A stretch of DNA of 64,000 nucleotides from the human T2T-CHM13v2.0 reference genome, Homo sapiens, in NCBI RefSeq assembly GCF_009914755.1, contig NC_060932.1. One strand, written 5' to 3'. The notes under the pieces were generated by a model that searched no databases, was not told the origin of the DNA, and was given only the letters and a program-made list of their open reading frames with translations. The translations under genes and the position numbers were made by a program. Numbering within the stretch: the stretch's first letter is position 1; every line of letters starts with the position of its first letter. Shown piece by piece: positions 1 through 17,689 of this stretch.

Positions 1-1400
<1,400 letters not shown>

Positions 1401-1508
1401 GTTATCATTTTACTTAAAAAAAAGTTAGAAAGTTTCAATAATAGTTTCATGCCACTTTAATACATTTCACAATGACAACAAAATTCAGTTTTCAGCTATA
1501 CAGCATGA

Positions 1509-1978
<470 letters not shown>

Positions 1979-4338
1979 TCCAACAGTACTTTTAAGCTTC
2001 AGTGAACCACCCAATTTTAAGGAACTGGGAGAATATACAACAAAATGGTAAGAAAATACAAACTTAAACATAAACAATGTACAAATGATATAAAAAAGGT
2101 GCTGTACTCTCTTTTAACAGAGTTTCAGTAAAGACAAACTAAATGACAGTTCATACAGCACATGAAACGCTGAAAACATATTCATTACAGAATTTCTGTA
2201 ACAACTATCACAAATTGCATAGTTTAAACCTGTGAAATATTTTTTAAATATTTCATTGCCTTTTTTTCTGAAACTGGAAACCACTATGTCGTGACAAATC
2301 AGAAGCAGTCTTTGGACCTCACTCTGAGAAGGACAAATCTAGTACAGTCAGACCAGGTACTCAGAGCCAGATGAATACACACCACCTGCCGTAACAGTGT
2401 CTGCCTCAACATGGCAGGCCCTATGGATAATCTACTCAAATCCCTGGCTAGAGTACCTCTGCTCCCTGTTATTTTTTCCAATGCTTTGTTTGTTCCCCCA
2501 GCTTCATCAGTCCCTATGTTGCTGCTGGAATCCTTGCTGGTGAAAAGATTAGGCCAGTTATGTCAGAAGCTTCCTCTACTGCTCTGAGGCCTGGTCTTGG
2601 ACTTGTCAGCTGTAATGCTGTTCCCATTCCTGTATTCACCTTGTCTCTCCGTCTGCTAGATTTCCATCTGGCCTATTCTGATACCTTCAAGACTTACTTC
2701 TTCTAAAACAAGTGCTTCCCAGATTCATTTACCCATTCACCCAGCCCTTGCCTCATGCAAATTTTAATAATCGCATGGTTGAATAGTTTGTAAGCAGTTA
2801 TCCTAATTTGTTAATATAAAAAGACCACATTGCCAAAGGACTTTCATTCCCTGCTAATAAACACAATGGTCACTCAAAACATCACTTTATTATAAAAGTT
2901 AAGTAAGTTTATAAATTTCACAAGTCATCTTCCTTGAGAAGTCACAAATTTTATAACTATTGTAAATATGGTCTCTACATTTAAATGTTAATTTCTATCT
3001 GTAAAGAAGCTCAATTATTTTACCATGCAGTAAATTTAAGACTGCCAAATGTTTGTCTTTAAATTTAACAGCTCATTCACATGAATCAAATCCTCAAAAA
3101 CCTAAGAAACTAAAAAGTTCTGAAATAGGATTTACCAAAAACTTAATTTTTATTTATTTTTTAACAACCTGGTGATCTCAATCACAGGCTGAAAAGTTAG
3201 TAATACAGTGTGCTGATATGCAATTTGGTTTAGTTATCATTATTTTCTGTTTGAAAGATTAAAATACTCCTCACCAAAAAAATGAAAAGCTTTAAGAAAT
3301 CTGCTCTGGAATAAAATACCCAAATAATGTCATCGGAGATTTTCTTTCGTTTATCTAGTAATCAACATAAGTAACTGCATCCATTTTTTAATATATAGAC
3401 TTTTTCTTTGGTAACAGATAAAAATGAGCATCTCATCTCTAGATATTTTGCTGCCACATTCAATTATAACAAATGATAACATTGCCTAAGTAGTTTATAC
3501 AAAGGCCGTTACTTTGATAAAATTGCTGCAATACTGTAATGAATCCACTGGGGCTTCCAGAAGGGGAAAAAACAATATGAATTCAGTGCGAAAACATTTA
3601 AAAGCACAGCCAAATGTCCCCATTTGACTAGAATGTTTATGAATACCCATAAAATGGAAGCTGGCCTAAGATATGCTAAATTCCTCTTTCAAAAGGGGTA
3701 CTCAATATACTCTGTAGAAAAGGATTTGTTTAATAAAGCCAAAGCCAGTTTATATTCCCAATACATGTCTAAAATTCAGGCGATTTTTTTCTTCAAGCTT
3801 TGGCATTCAAAGTATATGTTCCAGAATTCTTCAAAGTTAAGAATGTTAAGGAAAAAAATAGTGAACATATTTTACCAGTGAAAATAATAAAACAATCATG
3901 TGCTGGATCCTAATAACATCTTGACAATAATGTGATTACTAACCAGAGAATTCCCCTCTTTTTGGATATCTGGGTTCCCAGGAGTGACTTATCTATGACT
4001 ACATTATAAGTTAACATCTCCAAAAAAAAAACCATACAGGCAGAAAGGCAGGCAGCAAATATCTATCAAATGTTTATTAAGGTCCTACTATTTACAAACC
4101 ACTGTATTGGGTACTGAAAGATAAAGAAACATGGAGATTATAAATTGGGAGGGAAGGCACAACTTAGCTATACACTTAAACTTAATCAATATGAGACACT
4201 GTATTTGAGTGCCAAAATGTCTACCACATGGTCAGCACTTAATATTTGTTGATTTTATCTAAGTTACATAAAATGTGAGATCCTTGGATTTGACTAAAAA
4301 GTTTCTGTGACTAACCAATTATTTAAAAAACAGTTTGA

Positions 4339-4660
4339 GACTAAGCACAGTGGCTCACGCCTGTAATCCTAACACTTTGAGAGGCTGAAGCAGGAGGATC
4401 ACTTGAAGCCAGGAGTTTAAGACTAGCCTGGGCTACATAGTAAGATCCTGTTGCTATAAACAACAACAATAAAACAACATTTAATTAGCTGGCCATGGTA
4501 GTGTATGCGTGTAATCCTAGGCTACTCAGGAGGCTGAAAAGGGAGGATCTCTTGAGCCCAGGAAATCAAGGCTGCAGTGAGCCATGATCATGCCACCGTA
4601 CTCCAGCCTGGCTGACAGAACAAGACCCTGTTGCCCCACCAAAAAAAAAAAAAAACAAAA
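4339..4660 (+). mobile_element. AluJ-like SINE
   Basis: Diverged dimer with ggaggatcacttga and aggctgcagtgagccatgatc, plus A-tail. Confidence 0.88.
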
Positions 4661-5637
4661 AATTAAAAAACAGCTTGGGGAAAATAATAATTTAAATATA
4701 GACTGGGTATTAGATGATTCTAATGAATCATGTCTAATGTAAGAAAAGCTTTCATATTTCTTAGAAACATACACTGAATATGTAAGGCTGAAATGACATG
4801 TAGTTAGAAATTATCTTTGAAATACTTCAGTAAAAGAAGAGAGAAAGGAAGAAAGAGAGGGAGAAGAGAAAAATTAATAGCTGAATCAAGTGTGGCAAAA
4901 ATCTTAATAACTGTTGTGTTTGAGTGATGGGCATATTAATGGTCCATTATTATTCTCTCCCCACCTTTGGATATGTTTGAAATTGTAATAAAAAAGTAAA
5001 AGAAAAATTTCTTAAGACTGGAGTTTGAGCTGGCAAATGAAGATGAATAGGTAGGGGTTGAAAAGGAGAGCATTTTAGGCATTCTACTTCATTCCTAGCC
5101 CATCTGCCAATACACTAGCAGCCATTCCTTGATTTTCTTGGCTCCACAATGCAGCAGTCAGATCTCAGCAATCCTGAGTGCCTCAGCCCCCACCATGGTT
5201 AGCTAGCCTGCTTACTCTCTTTTTCTAACTTTCCTGACAGCCCACAAGCTCAGGATTTTGGCCCTGATCCATCTACTACATCCATCCTTCTAAATTTTGT
5301 TTCTAATTCCATGTGTCTCCAATTCCCAGTAGTTAACAGACTCCGGCTACAAAATGTAACACAAAAAGTTAAAAGATAGGCATTAAATGATAAACTCCAT
5401 GGTAAATAACCTGTGTGAACTCAGAGTCCCTTGGAAAACTCATGTTGTCTATTGTAACATGTCCCTGACACTTGAATGTTTCCACCAAGTTGGTAGGTGA
5501 GCCTGGACAGAATGAATGCTTTAACTGGAAACAGTTTTACTTTCTGCTCTTAAGTCCTAGTTTGCCTTTCGCCCAAATGCCTATTCCATCCTGGGGATTT
5601 CTAAATCTTTTCAATAGTTTTAAAAGGTTAGAAATAC

Positions 5638-5775
5638 CTGCATCACAAATTCTCGACGTCGAGGCATTCCTCTTTCTGAAAGCAAAACATAATCCGGCTC
5701 CTTTTCCTTTTTGGCCTGTTGAATTTGCGCCAGGCGGCTAATAGGGTTCATCCCTTGGCCATATTCTGGTCCGGC
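5638..5775 (-). CDS. STAU2: STAU2 coding exon, 138 nt: [46 protein letters not shown] (N-terminal part of dsRBD4)
   Basis: Read by hand. Acceptor taatttttag|GCC and donor CAG|gtattt. Phase 0/0. Contains the Staufen dsRBD4 motif [11 protein letters not shown]. Confidence 0.96.
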
Positions 5776-6012
5776 CTAAAAATTAATTTAAGAAAAAGTT
5801 TTAAAATATGCTTGTGAAACCTGTTATTGAATCCTTAAAGAAACAGTGCTTCTTCCCTCCACCCCCACACCCCAAAACTGTGACTAGAAAAGATAAATGA
5901 GTCATTTATGAATATTTATAAAGGAAAATCATAAAATAGACCTGTAACCAAGGCTTCTATGGGACTTGGGGCTTAGATGTATTAATGGCAAGGTGTCAAC
6001 TATGCTTTTTAA

Positions 6013-6442
<430 letters not shown>

Positions 6443-7219
6443 ACAACACACATAATTTTAAAAAGACGTATCCGGTATCCAAAATATATTTTTTAAGACC
6501 CCTAAAAAGTACTAAGAAAAAGAGAATATAAAAGGGAAATGGGCAAAAGAGATAAATACTTCACATAAGGAAAAACTCAATATATGAAATGATAACTAAC
6601 CTCTAGGACACAGAAAATACATATTAAAAACCTCAGTGAGTTACTATTTCACATCCACCAAATTAGCAAAAATTAAGAAGTCTAACAGCCCCAAGTGGTG
6701 AGAATGGGGAGTAACAGAAACTCTTATAAAACACTGGGAGTACTATAAATCGGAAAACAACCTGGCAATGTCTAGTAAAGCCTGAGATGGTACATCCTAC
6801 CCCAACTAGCCTATTCCTAGGCACATATAAACCCTAGAAAACCGTAACCCATGCACAGTAGCTCATATGTACAGGAATATCCACAGATGCATTATTTGAA
6901 ATAGGAAAAAAAAACTAGAATATTCATCAATAAAAGAACAGATAAATTACAGCATGTTCATATAATGGAATGGTATATAGCAGTGAAAATGAATTAATTA
7001 TTGCTACATGCATCAAGATGAATGATTTTCAGAAAGAATAGTAAGTAAAAAAGGCAAGCTACAGAATAATATATATATAGTATATTTTATGTAAAGCCTG
7101 CTAAAACTACAAAATACTGCTGAAATTAAGATCTAAATAGTCAATACATCATGTTCATCGATCAGAAGACTCAACAATAAGATGTCAATTCTCCTCAAAA
7201 TCCCAGTAGGCTTTTTTCC

Positions 7220-7520
7220 TTTTTTTTTTTTTTTTTTTTTGGCAGAGTCTCACTCTGTTGCCCAGGCTGGAGTGCAGTGGCATGATCTCAGCTAACAGCA
7301 ACCTCTGTATCCTGGGTTCAAGCGATTCTCTTGCCTAAGCTTCCTGAGTAGCTGGGACTACAGGCGCACGCCACCATGCCTGGTTAATCTCTGTATTTTT
7401 CATAGAGACAGGGTTTCACCATGTTGGCCAGGCTGGTCTCAAACTCGTGACCTCAAGTGATCCTTCCACCTCGGCCTCCCAAAGTGCTCAGATTACGGGC
7501 ATGAGCCACCGCACCTGGCC
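7220..7520 (-). mobile_element. AluS-like SINE
   Basis: T-tail plus full dimer. Confidence 0.9.
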
Positions 7521-7737
7521 CCCAGTTGGCTTTTTAAAATTTAATGTGTAAGCTGATACTAAAATTCATATGGAAATGCAAAGGACAAAGAACCAAAATT
7601 TTGGGGGAAAAAAAAAGACTCAGACTACCTAATTTCAAGATAAAACTATGGCATTCAAGACAGTGTGTGTAGTATTGGTATAAAGACAGACAAAGGGACC
7701 AATGAAACAGAATAAGTGCCCAGACACAGATATATAT

Positions 7738-7739
7738 AC

Positions 7740-7817
<78 letters not shown>
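7738..7817. repeat. Interrupted (CA)n microsatellite
   Basis: Seen directly; it produces the CVCV ORFs. Confidence 0.95.
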
Positions 7818-7819
<2 letters not shown>

Positions 7820-9352
7820 TCACATGATTTTCAACAAAGGCACAAAAGGAATTCAGTGGGGTAGTCTTTTCAGCCAATAGTGTTGGGACAATTGGCTATT
7901 CATATGTAAAAAGAAAAAGAAAAAGAAAAAGAAAAAAAAATCTTCAAGCCAAACCTCATAACATTTATAAAAATAATTAACTCAAAATGCCTCACAGATG
8001 TAAATGTAATTTCTAAAACTATAAGATTTCCAGAAGAAAAATTTTTGTAACTTGGTTAGGTAACAATTTCTTAGATATAACACCAAAATCACGTTCCATG
8101 TAAAAAAACTAATAATAATAAAATGAAACAATATAAATAATAATAAAATAAACATAATAAATCTTCAAAATTAATAACTTCTGCTCTTTGAAAAAGACAA
8201 GTCACAGACTTGAAGAAAATATTTGCAAAGTACATATGTAATAAAGCACCTGTATCCAGAGTATATAAAGACCTCTAAAAATTCAATAATAAATTTATTA
8301 TTATTTGAAATAAGCAATTAAAATTTGTTAAGCTGGCAAAAAATTTAAATAAACACTTCATCAGGCCTCATGTGACAGTAAACACATAAAAAATTCTTGA
8401 TATCATCTGCCACAGAGGAAATGTAAATTAAAACCAAAATGAGATATCAATACCCATCTACATGAACATCTGAAATTTTAAAAACTATGCTAGGTGTTAG
8501 CAAGGATGTGAAACAATTGGAGTTATCACACACTGCTGATGAGAATGTAAAAGTGCACAGCTGCTACAACTTTGAAAAACTAAAGTTGACTATATACCTA
8601 CTAAATGACCAAGCCATTCCACTTTGAAGGATTTACCCAAGAGAAATGAAAGCATATGCTCTTAAGATACACACACAAATATTCATAGCTGCTTTATGAG
8701 TAACAATCAAAAATTAGAAACAGCCCAAACATCCACTGACAGGTGAATGGATAAACAAGTGGTGGTATATCAATTCAATGAAATATTACCTGCAAAAAAA
8801 CAGAACTACCAATTCTTGCATGCAACAATAAGGATGAATCTCAAAATAATTATGCTGGGTTAAAGAAGCCAGCCAAAAAAAAGAGTGGTTTCTCGGCAAA
8901 TTAAGGTAGAAGATTACAAAGGGGCATAAGGAAAATTCTGGGAGGAATGGATGGGTTCATTATCTTGATGGTGGTTATAGTTTTACACATGCAAACAAAT
9001 ACGAAAACATATCAAACAGTGCACTTTAAACATGTACAAGTCACTCTATGTCAATTATACCTCAATAAAGTTGTTTAAAGGAACTAAACAAATAACTTTA
9101 GAAAAACAAACATAGTAAAACTATAAGGTAGGAAATGGTCATACAAAACTAGTGATAGAGGTTGCCTAGGGAAGGTTGCATGAGGACGTGATGGAAGAAG
9201 AGCATACAGAGAGCTTCAAAGCTTATTGAGAAATGTTTTATACTCAAGTTGGGCAGTAGGTCTTTCTCACACTTACTTAGTATGCTTTTTAACTTATACA
9301 CAAGTTTATATATAGCTTTTTGTATGTATTATAACATAAAAGCAAAAATTCA

Positions 9353-9658
9353 GGCCGGGCGTGATGGCTCATGCCTGTAATCTCAGCACTTTGGGAGGCC
9401 GAGGCGGGCGGATCACCTGAGGTCGGGAGTTCGAGACCAGCCTAACCAACACAGAGAAACCCCATCTCTACTAAAAAAAAACATACAAAAAATTAGCCGG
9501 GCATGGTGGCACATGTCTGTAATCCCAGCTACTAGGGAGGCTGAGGCAGGAGAATCACTTTAACCTGGGAGGAGGAGGTTGCGGTGAGCCAAGATCACAC
9601 CATTGCACTCCAGCCTGGGCAACAAGAGCGAAACTCCGTCTCAAAAAAAAAAAAAAAA
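9353..9658 (+). mobile_element. AluS (Sp/Sq-like) SINE
   Basis: Full dimer with ggcaacaagagcgaaactcc. TSD aaaagcaaaaattc. Confidence 0.92.
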
Positions 9659-10230
9659 GCAAAAATTCTTGGAAACCAAATTATCTTTCTGCATATGAAC
9701 TTTCTTCATGTATTTTTCCTAGAAATAAAAGTCTGCGTATATCATACGGTCAAAACTTTATTTCCACCTATGAAAATTTATTCTTGTCTCTACTATCTGT
9801 AGAGACATGGAGACATGGATAATCACTCTGTTACAGATTACACGTTACACTAAACTTATGTAAGAGCCACTATGCAGTCTTAGCTCTTCCGGATGATTGC
9901 TGCCATTTCATCTTGACAATCTGTAGTTTGGTGCTCCAGGTACAGCATCCAGGCAGATCCCTCATGGTCTTTCAAACTATGTTTAGGATTTTGGACTTTA
10001 TCCAAAGAGTAAGAAAATTACTAAGAGGTTTTAAGCAGAGGCATGATATGATTAGACAGGTGTCTCTAAAAGATCATACTTTTTAAACGATCATTTGGTG
10101 TCAAGAGTACTTGTAGCCAGTTAAAACCTTAACTGTAGTAGTTCAGGTTAATAGATGTCTGTGAGTTGGACAAAAGAGTGGCAGAAGGGATGGAAAAAAA
10201 GGAACCAACTTAAAAAACATTAGGTGACAA

Positions 10231-10545
10231 GGCCAAGCACAGTGGCTCACTCCTGTAATCCCAGCACTTTGAGAGGCCAAGGCAGGGCGGATCACAAGGT
10301 CAGGAGTTCGAGACCAGCCTGACCAACATGGTGAAAGCCCGTCTCTACTAAAAAAACAAAAATTAGCCACGCGTGGTGGCGCACGCCTGTAATCCCAGCT
10401 ACTCAGGAGGCTGAGGAAGGCAGGAGAATTGCTTGAACCCAGGAGGCGGAGGTTACAGTGAGCCAAGATCATGCCACTGCACTCCAGCTTGGGTGACAGA
10501 GCAAGACTCCGTCCCATAAAAAAAAAAAAAAGAAAAAGATAAAAA
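10231..10545 (+). mobile_element. AluS-like SINE
   Basis: Full dimer plus A-rich tail. Confidence 0.9.
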
Positions 10546-10616
10546 AGAAATATTAGCTAACAGAGTAATAGGACTTAATGACTGATAGGACGTAAGGGGT
10601 AAGAGAGAAGTTAAAC

Positions 10617-10900
<284 letters not shown>

Positions 10901-11250
10901 TTAAAAATGACCCCCAGCAGTTTCAGCAGCTGGATGTTTGTGCCAGTCACTGAGATAAAGAATGCTGCAGGAGAAAGAGGTTTAGAAGGGAAAATGATGA
11001 ATTTGGGCCCAAAACTTGAGGCACCTGTGAAATACTAAGTGGGGATGTCTAATAGGTAGTGCAGAGCATACGGTATTCAGGAATCATCTATTTAAAGATG
11101 AAATTGAACCCCCAGAAGTAGAAGAACAGCTTAGGGAAAGAGGAGGAAAAAGACTGAGAACTTCACTGTTGCAATGGTTAGATGAAGGGAAAGGAAAGAG
11201 CAAAGGAAACTTTTAGCTTTTGATAAAATACTGGTTTCAACTTCTACTTA

Positions 11251-11576
<326 letters not shown>

Positions 11577-11903
11577 TTAATTATAAGGGGAATGAAGAGG
11601 GACTGATGAGAAAAGACAAATCCACATAATAATTTATAAGTCTAAGATTGAAATCCCAATGAAAAGGTAAAGAGAAGCTCTGAGTCTAGCACTAGAAGTA
11701 GTATGCCCAGTTCATGAAGATGTTAAATAAGTAGGAATGTGTTTCCAGTGGCATACTGTCTTTATTTCTGTTTAATTTGACTCAAAGAATGTCTCTGAGT
11801 TCCAAGGAAATTATTGTTGATATAGATTGCAATGAAAAGAATCAGATACATAAATCCAATTTAGATAATGATGGAGTTCAGTGTACATTAAGAATTGCTT
11901 GGG

Positions 11904-12562
<659 letters not shown>

Positions 12563-13559
12563 TCATCATTCTATATACCAATAAGGACAGTCTTGTAATA
12601 ATTGTGTCCAGAACATTTGATCTCTAAGATTAGAAAGCCTTCTTTGTAGTCTCGTCTTATAGAGGAGAATTACATTTAAAAACAGAATGTCAACACAAAG
12701 ACATTATCAGGGCAGTTTTACATGTTAACAGGATAACCCTATACAGTGACTCTGAAAATCCAAAAGTTCACAATTAACCAGTATCAAATGGGCACTGGAG
12801 TCAGATGTGACAACTGGATCTGAAAGCTGATTCTGCTACAGGATCTTGGATAGGTTTCTTAAATATAAAGGGCCTCATCTGTAAGATGGAAATGAATGCT
12901 GCATCACAGAGTGATTAAGTGATCAAATGAGACAATGTGATTATTTTATTACTTTAAATAAAACCAAGGCAAATAATCATAGATATTTTACCTGCTTCCA
13001 TTGAGTGTAACAAACTATAGACCCTCAATGTATAAGCCATACAAGGAAGTGAGGAATATGCTAAAAATCAGGATACTATTCCAAGCTGATCCATTTACTG
13101 ACATATTATAAGGTATGAACATACTTAAAATTATCTAGATTCCAACTCATTATACACATGTTGTTCTCTCAAAATAATCTTACATTTCAGAGGGTATCTA
13201 CAAGCTTTATTTTAACATAAGACAGACATGGCAAAAGTAACTCCAAGTGTGATGTATATGAGGAAAAATGCAGGAGGCTAACCTAGTCTGGGAGTAGGAG
13301 AGGACCAGAGGAGTTCCTAAAAAAGTCAAGTTTATGCTGAGATCTGAATGATGCATAGGAGGGAAGTTCTGGGATAATATTACTTATATACTGGAAGCAG
13401 TAGCAAATAACTGAGAATTCAAAATGTTTCTCCTGTCTCCCACCTCTGGGGAATAACATTTAAATAATAATCTTGCTTTTAATAGCTATAGTTAAAACAA
13501 GAGTTAGATTTATATCCTACTATAGAAATGTACAGATCTTTTCCAGCCTAACAGTTTAT

Positions 13560-13888
13560 TGTGATGATTATTATTATGATTATTATTATTATTATCATTT
13601 TGAGATGGAATCTCATTCTGTCACCAAGGCTGGAGTGCAGTGGCAGTGATCTTGGCTCACCTCAACCTCTGCCTCCTAGGTTCAAGCGATTCTCATGCCT
13701 CAGCCTCCTGAGCTGTAGCTGGGATTAGAGACGCATGCCACCACAACCGACTAATTTTTGTATTTTTAGTAGAGACCAAGTTTCGCCATGTTGGCCATGC
13801 TGGTCTCGAACTCCTAGCCTCAAATGATCCACCCGCCTCAGCCTCCCAAAAGTGCTGGGATTACAGGCATGAGCCACCGTGCCCAGCC
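13560..13888 (-). mobile_element. AluS/J-like SINE with an (ATT)n-expanded tail
   Basis: Full reverse dimer preceded by attatt repeats. Confidence 0.9.
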
Positions 13889-15649
13889 TGGTTTGCCTGG
13901 TTTATTATTCTTAATTTATCAAGATAAAACTTAGTTTAATAGAGCAGACAGAAGTTATGTGACCAGTTTTGTGCCACCATTCCAACATAAAATGCTGTTC
14001 CTCCATCACAGAAAAGCCATAGATTTTATATATTAATAGATTTAAGAAAACAGTTCATGGATATATTCACATAAACATAAAATGTGAATAGGTAGTATTA
14101 GATACAAAATACCAATAGTTAATATGTGTTATTTATTATAGTATTTGCATTATCATTAATAACAATGAATACTTAATAATTACTAATGCATTTTGTGCAT
14201 TGTTTCAGTTAATACTTATAACAATCCCATACAGCAAGGTCAGTTACTATTCCCACTTTATAAATGAAGAAATATTTTTAAAGTTAGGTAACTTGCTCAG
14301 GCCACAGGGATTCATACTCAGAACTGACTCCAAAGTTCATTCTCTTAATAGCTATATTCTACTCCTGACTGTGTAGGAGGAGCATATGAATGAAAGTGCC
14401 AGTCCTCTTTGGAACCACTATGACTCATGATAAGTGGATCTATTTATATTTATTTTTAGTCTACCTTACATATAACATATAATTCCAGTTCAGGGAATGC
14501 ATTACCTACTACATCTTCTAAGTGAAGTCATGTCAGTATTCATTAAAAACAAATATTTAAGTAGTTATTTTTGTATATATGTATATATGTATTTTAAATA
14601 AAGGTACAAAGGTATAAAACCTGTAAAAATACCTAAATTGTGCCATTGTGCAATCAAAAGAAATCCATTGAGATTAAATATATTTCTTATCTGTAATCCT
14701 TCATTTGTATAGCCTGATCAGAAGAAGGCTGCTAAATCAGTGAGGCTGAGCCAGCAACTAAAATGCTGGCAATTTAAGGCTTTCTCTGGAAACACAGAAC
14801 TCTAGCTCCAGACATGTCATACGTGTCAAGCATTCACAGGCACTGTCCTGTACTAAATGCTGATTCATCTCATTCCTCTGATATTTACCTTGCTTCTCTT
14901 ATTAATGTAAATAAATTCTGACCCAATAAAAGAGTCACAATATCTTGAAAAGCTGTGTGCTCTATATTCTTCTTTGGCAAGGTATACACATCTGAACGAA
15001 TGGCAACAAAATAACACCATCTACTTCATATGGTTGCTATGTGGATTAAATGTGATTAAAGCATGCAAAGTGTTGGGACAAAGTCTGGCACATAGACTGC
15101 TTTATGATTTCCAGCTGCTGTAGCTATCATTGTTAGTATTAGTCACATGATTTTTTTGTGTGTATCCTGTTACCATTTCATGATATCCTAAGAAGTTACT
15201 ATGCAACAGCCATGTGTGCAGAAAGAACACTGGATTAGAGATCAGAGCGGTTCAGGAGGTTTGACATGATTGCTGAATAAAAATGGGCAAACTCTTTGAA
15301 CACGTTTTGTAAAATCTTATTTGTAAAATGAGGGCTAACATCATCTACCTTATACGGTCATGAGGGGGATTATAGTAAAGGTGACATGAATGGTAAAGCA
15401 CTTTTTAAACAACAAAGAAATACATAAATACCTAAGGTATTATGATTATTTGATGAACAAATGCAGGTGCACAGGTATTTAAAAAGCAAAATAGAATTGT
15501 CATTAATTTATAGTCACATGTCCTGCCCTGATTTCAGGACTGTATATAGTCCATAAGTTCAGGGATCTGCCTTATAGAAAAATGCTTATCTATAGCTACT
15601 ATAATATTTATTTAGTAAAACTGACTGATGTTCACAAATATAAACTTAC

Positions 15650-15862
15650 CTTTACTATTGTTTTAGGGCGTTTTTTAAAAAATAGTTTTGGCTTTTCCAC
15701 CACAGGAAGAGGTGGAAGTTTTTTAAGCTCCTGTAAGACGGTGGTCGCAGCGCGCTTCTTGGAGAGTTTTTTGCTATTTCCTTCTCCTTCTGCAGAGAAC
15801 TCTCCTACTGACACTCGAGTAACAAAGCTTTTCATATGTGGTGGTCCACTTTCTTTAATAAC
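15650..15862 (-). CDS. STAU2: STAU2 coding exon, 213 nt: [71 protein letters not shown] (rest of dsRBD3 plus basic NLS region)
   Basis: Acceptor tatttaatag|GTT and donor AAG|gtaagt. Has the dsRBD loop GPPH and the GEGxSKKxSKxxAA motif. Overlaps ORF 15632..15835(-). Confidence 0.97.
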
Positions 15863-17581
15863 CTATTAAATACAAGTAAAATATTAAATAATGGATAGGC
15901 ACTTGAGATGTATTCTTAAAGTATGACTTAATATTCATATCAAAACCAAAATTAGTATTATGCCAAAATTATAGTATTTCTTTAAGAAAGCTATTATGAA
16001 GGTATTATACTGGGACTATTTATGACACTTGATGCTTAATGCAATTGAAACAAAAGAAATCTAAATAAACACATTTGATTCATAGTCAAAATGATTTATT
16101 ACTTTAAAACAGATCATTCTAATTACAGTTTCTCCATGTCTTATGGAACACAAATTTAAGAACATCAAAGATACCATTAGATTAGATACCATATTAGATT
16201 GGTCATCTAGAATGATAATTTGTATATAATTACATACCTAACTTCCTCCTATGTACGAGTAAGTTGCTGGAGAAACGAGTAGTTCTATAAACCACAAGGC
16301 ACTGTGCCTGTGGAAGCCTCTCAAAAACAGTCAATGGATAAAAATAAGCTGTTTTTGATAGGGATGTCAAAAGCTGTTTTACAGAAAGGGATATTTATTC
16401 TTGTGACACGATTTTAAAAAGGTAAGTAGGTATGCCAAAAAAATTCCTAGCTTTCTAGAGTAATGAGTTATGGACCTGTCAACTATGAATGTAATGTTCC
16501 TAAACCTTGTTTAATCTGCAATACTAAATATTTAACCTTTAATTGTTCACATTAGATCATCATTATAAACATCAGATATCCTACATCATAATATATTGAT
16601 GTTCCCAAGAACACCTAAGAATAATAAAACTGTCTGTTCTTACTCATTGTAGCCTTTAAAAAAAAATCCCAATAATTTTTTAGTATAAGCAATTACTTTT
16701 TACAGGTTTTCCAAATTTTCCGTATCATTTCTTGCTGGACCAATAGGATCTCAAGTACATTCTCTCCCTGACTTCCTCATTTTGCTGCTTTTAACAAGCT
16801 GTGGACCGAGAACTGAGATAATGCAACTTGTAAGAATGTGTCCAAGAGAAAGCAAACAGTTTCTCAGTCCAACTCAGATGATCCTGCCAATGAGTAAGAT
16901 GTGGGAGCTTTCTAGTAGGTGAATGTCATACAATGTGAGGGAAGAATCTCCACAACTCTTTCAGCTTATTTCCTGGTTCTTGTCTACTTTCCAGACATGA
17001 GTTGTAAAATTAGTGACCTCTTAATAAAAGAAGTATTATAATAATTATTTTTTTAAGTTTTCTTTTTTGAAATTTCATACAATTTTATGAATATATTTGC
17101 AATATATTTATCTAGCTGTTAAGTCAAGAGTTGCTTCATTACATCTTACTTCTTGGTGATTTTGTTAGTTGAGGTTAAAGTGAAACATATTTTGGCCTCC
17201 ACACAATTGAAAAAAAAATTGGATATTAACATGTGTGTCACTAAATCTTAACTTGAATAAATTTAATTTAATCCTATTTAAAATGCCAAATCTTATAGGA
17301 TACCACAAATTATCTATACCCAGAAAATAACTTTTATAATAAAAATTGAAATACCATGTATACAAAAGGCTTAATACAGAAAAGAAAAAAATCAGAAGGA
17401 ATCTGTGTTATCATCATGATTTCTATTTTCACCAGGGCCTAGATCATTTCATAATACTGGGTTTGAACATATAGAAGCACACTAACTCTTGCAGGATACT
17501 AATACACCAGTTAATTTGATTTGTTTGTTTAAAATAACCACAGCAAGGGAAAAAATGGGAAGATCTCTACCGAGTACATAC

Positions 17582-17689
17582 CTCAAAACTGACAGGCATA
17601 TTTCGCTTCAGAGCAATTTCAAACACTAAGCTGATCTCAGACTTATTTGCATCTTTGTCATCATCCATATCCTTTCCTGATTCACCATT
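17582..17689 (-). CDS. STAU2: STAU2 coding exon, 108 nt: NGESGKDMDDDKDANKSEISLVFEIALKRNMPVSFE (linker plus dsRBD3 helix 1)
   Basis: Read by hand because it is absent from the ORF track. Acceptor tttgtgatttag|AAT and donor GAG|gtatgt. Phase 0/0, in frame with both neighbours. Confidence 0.96.

Larger units (their letters stand above)
6450..9080 (+). mobile_element. Old L1 3'-region fragments (L1MC/ME-like), nested, containing an Alu and a (CA)n tract
   Basis: aaaattcatatggaaatgcaaagg, ttttcaacaaaggcacaaa, atttacccaagagaaatgaaagcatatg, and the 3' end tgtcaattatacctcaataaagttg. Confidence 0.72.

Noticed and set aside
7534-7877. Cys/Val-rich ORFs (also at 37340 and 48478)
   Set aside because: Translations of (TG)n microsatellites next to L1 or Alu sequence.
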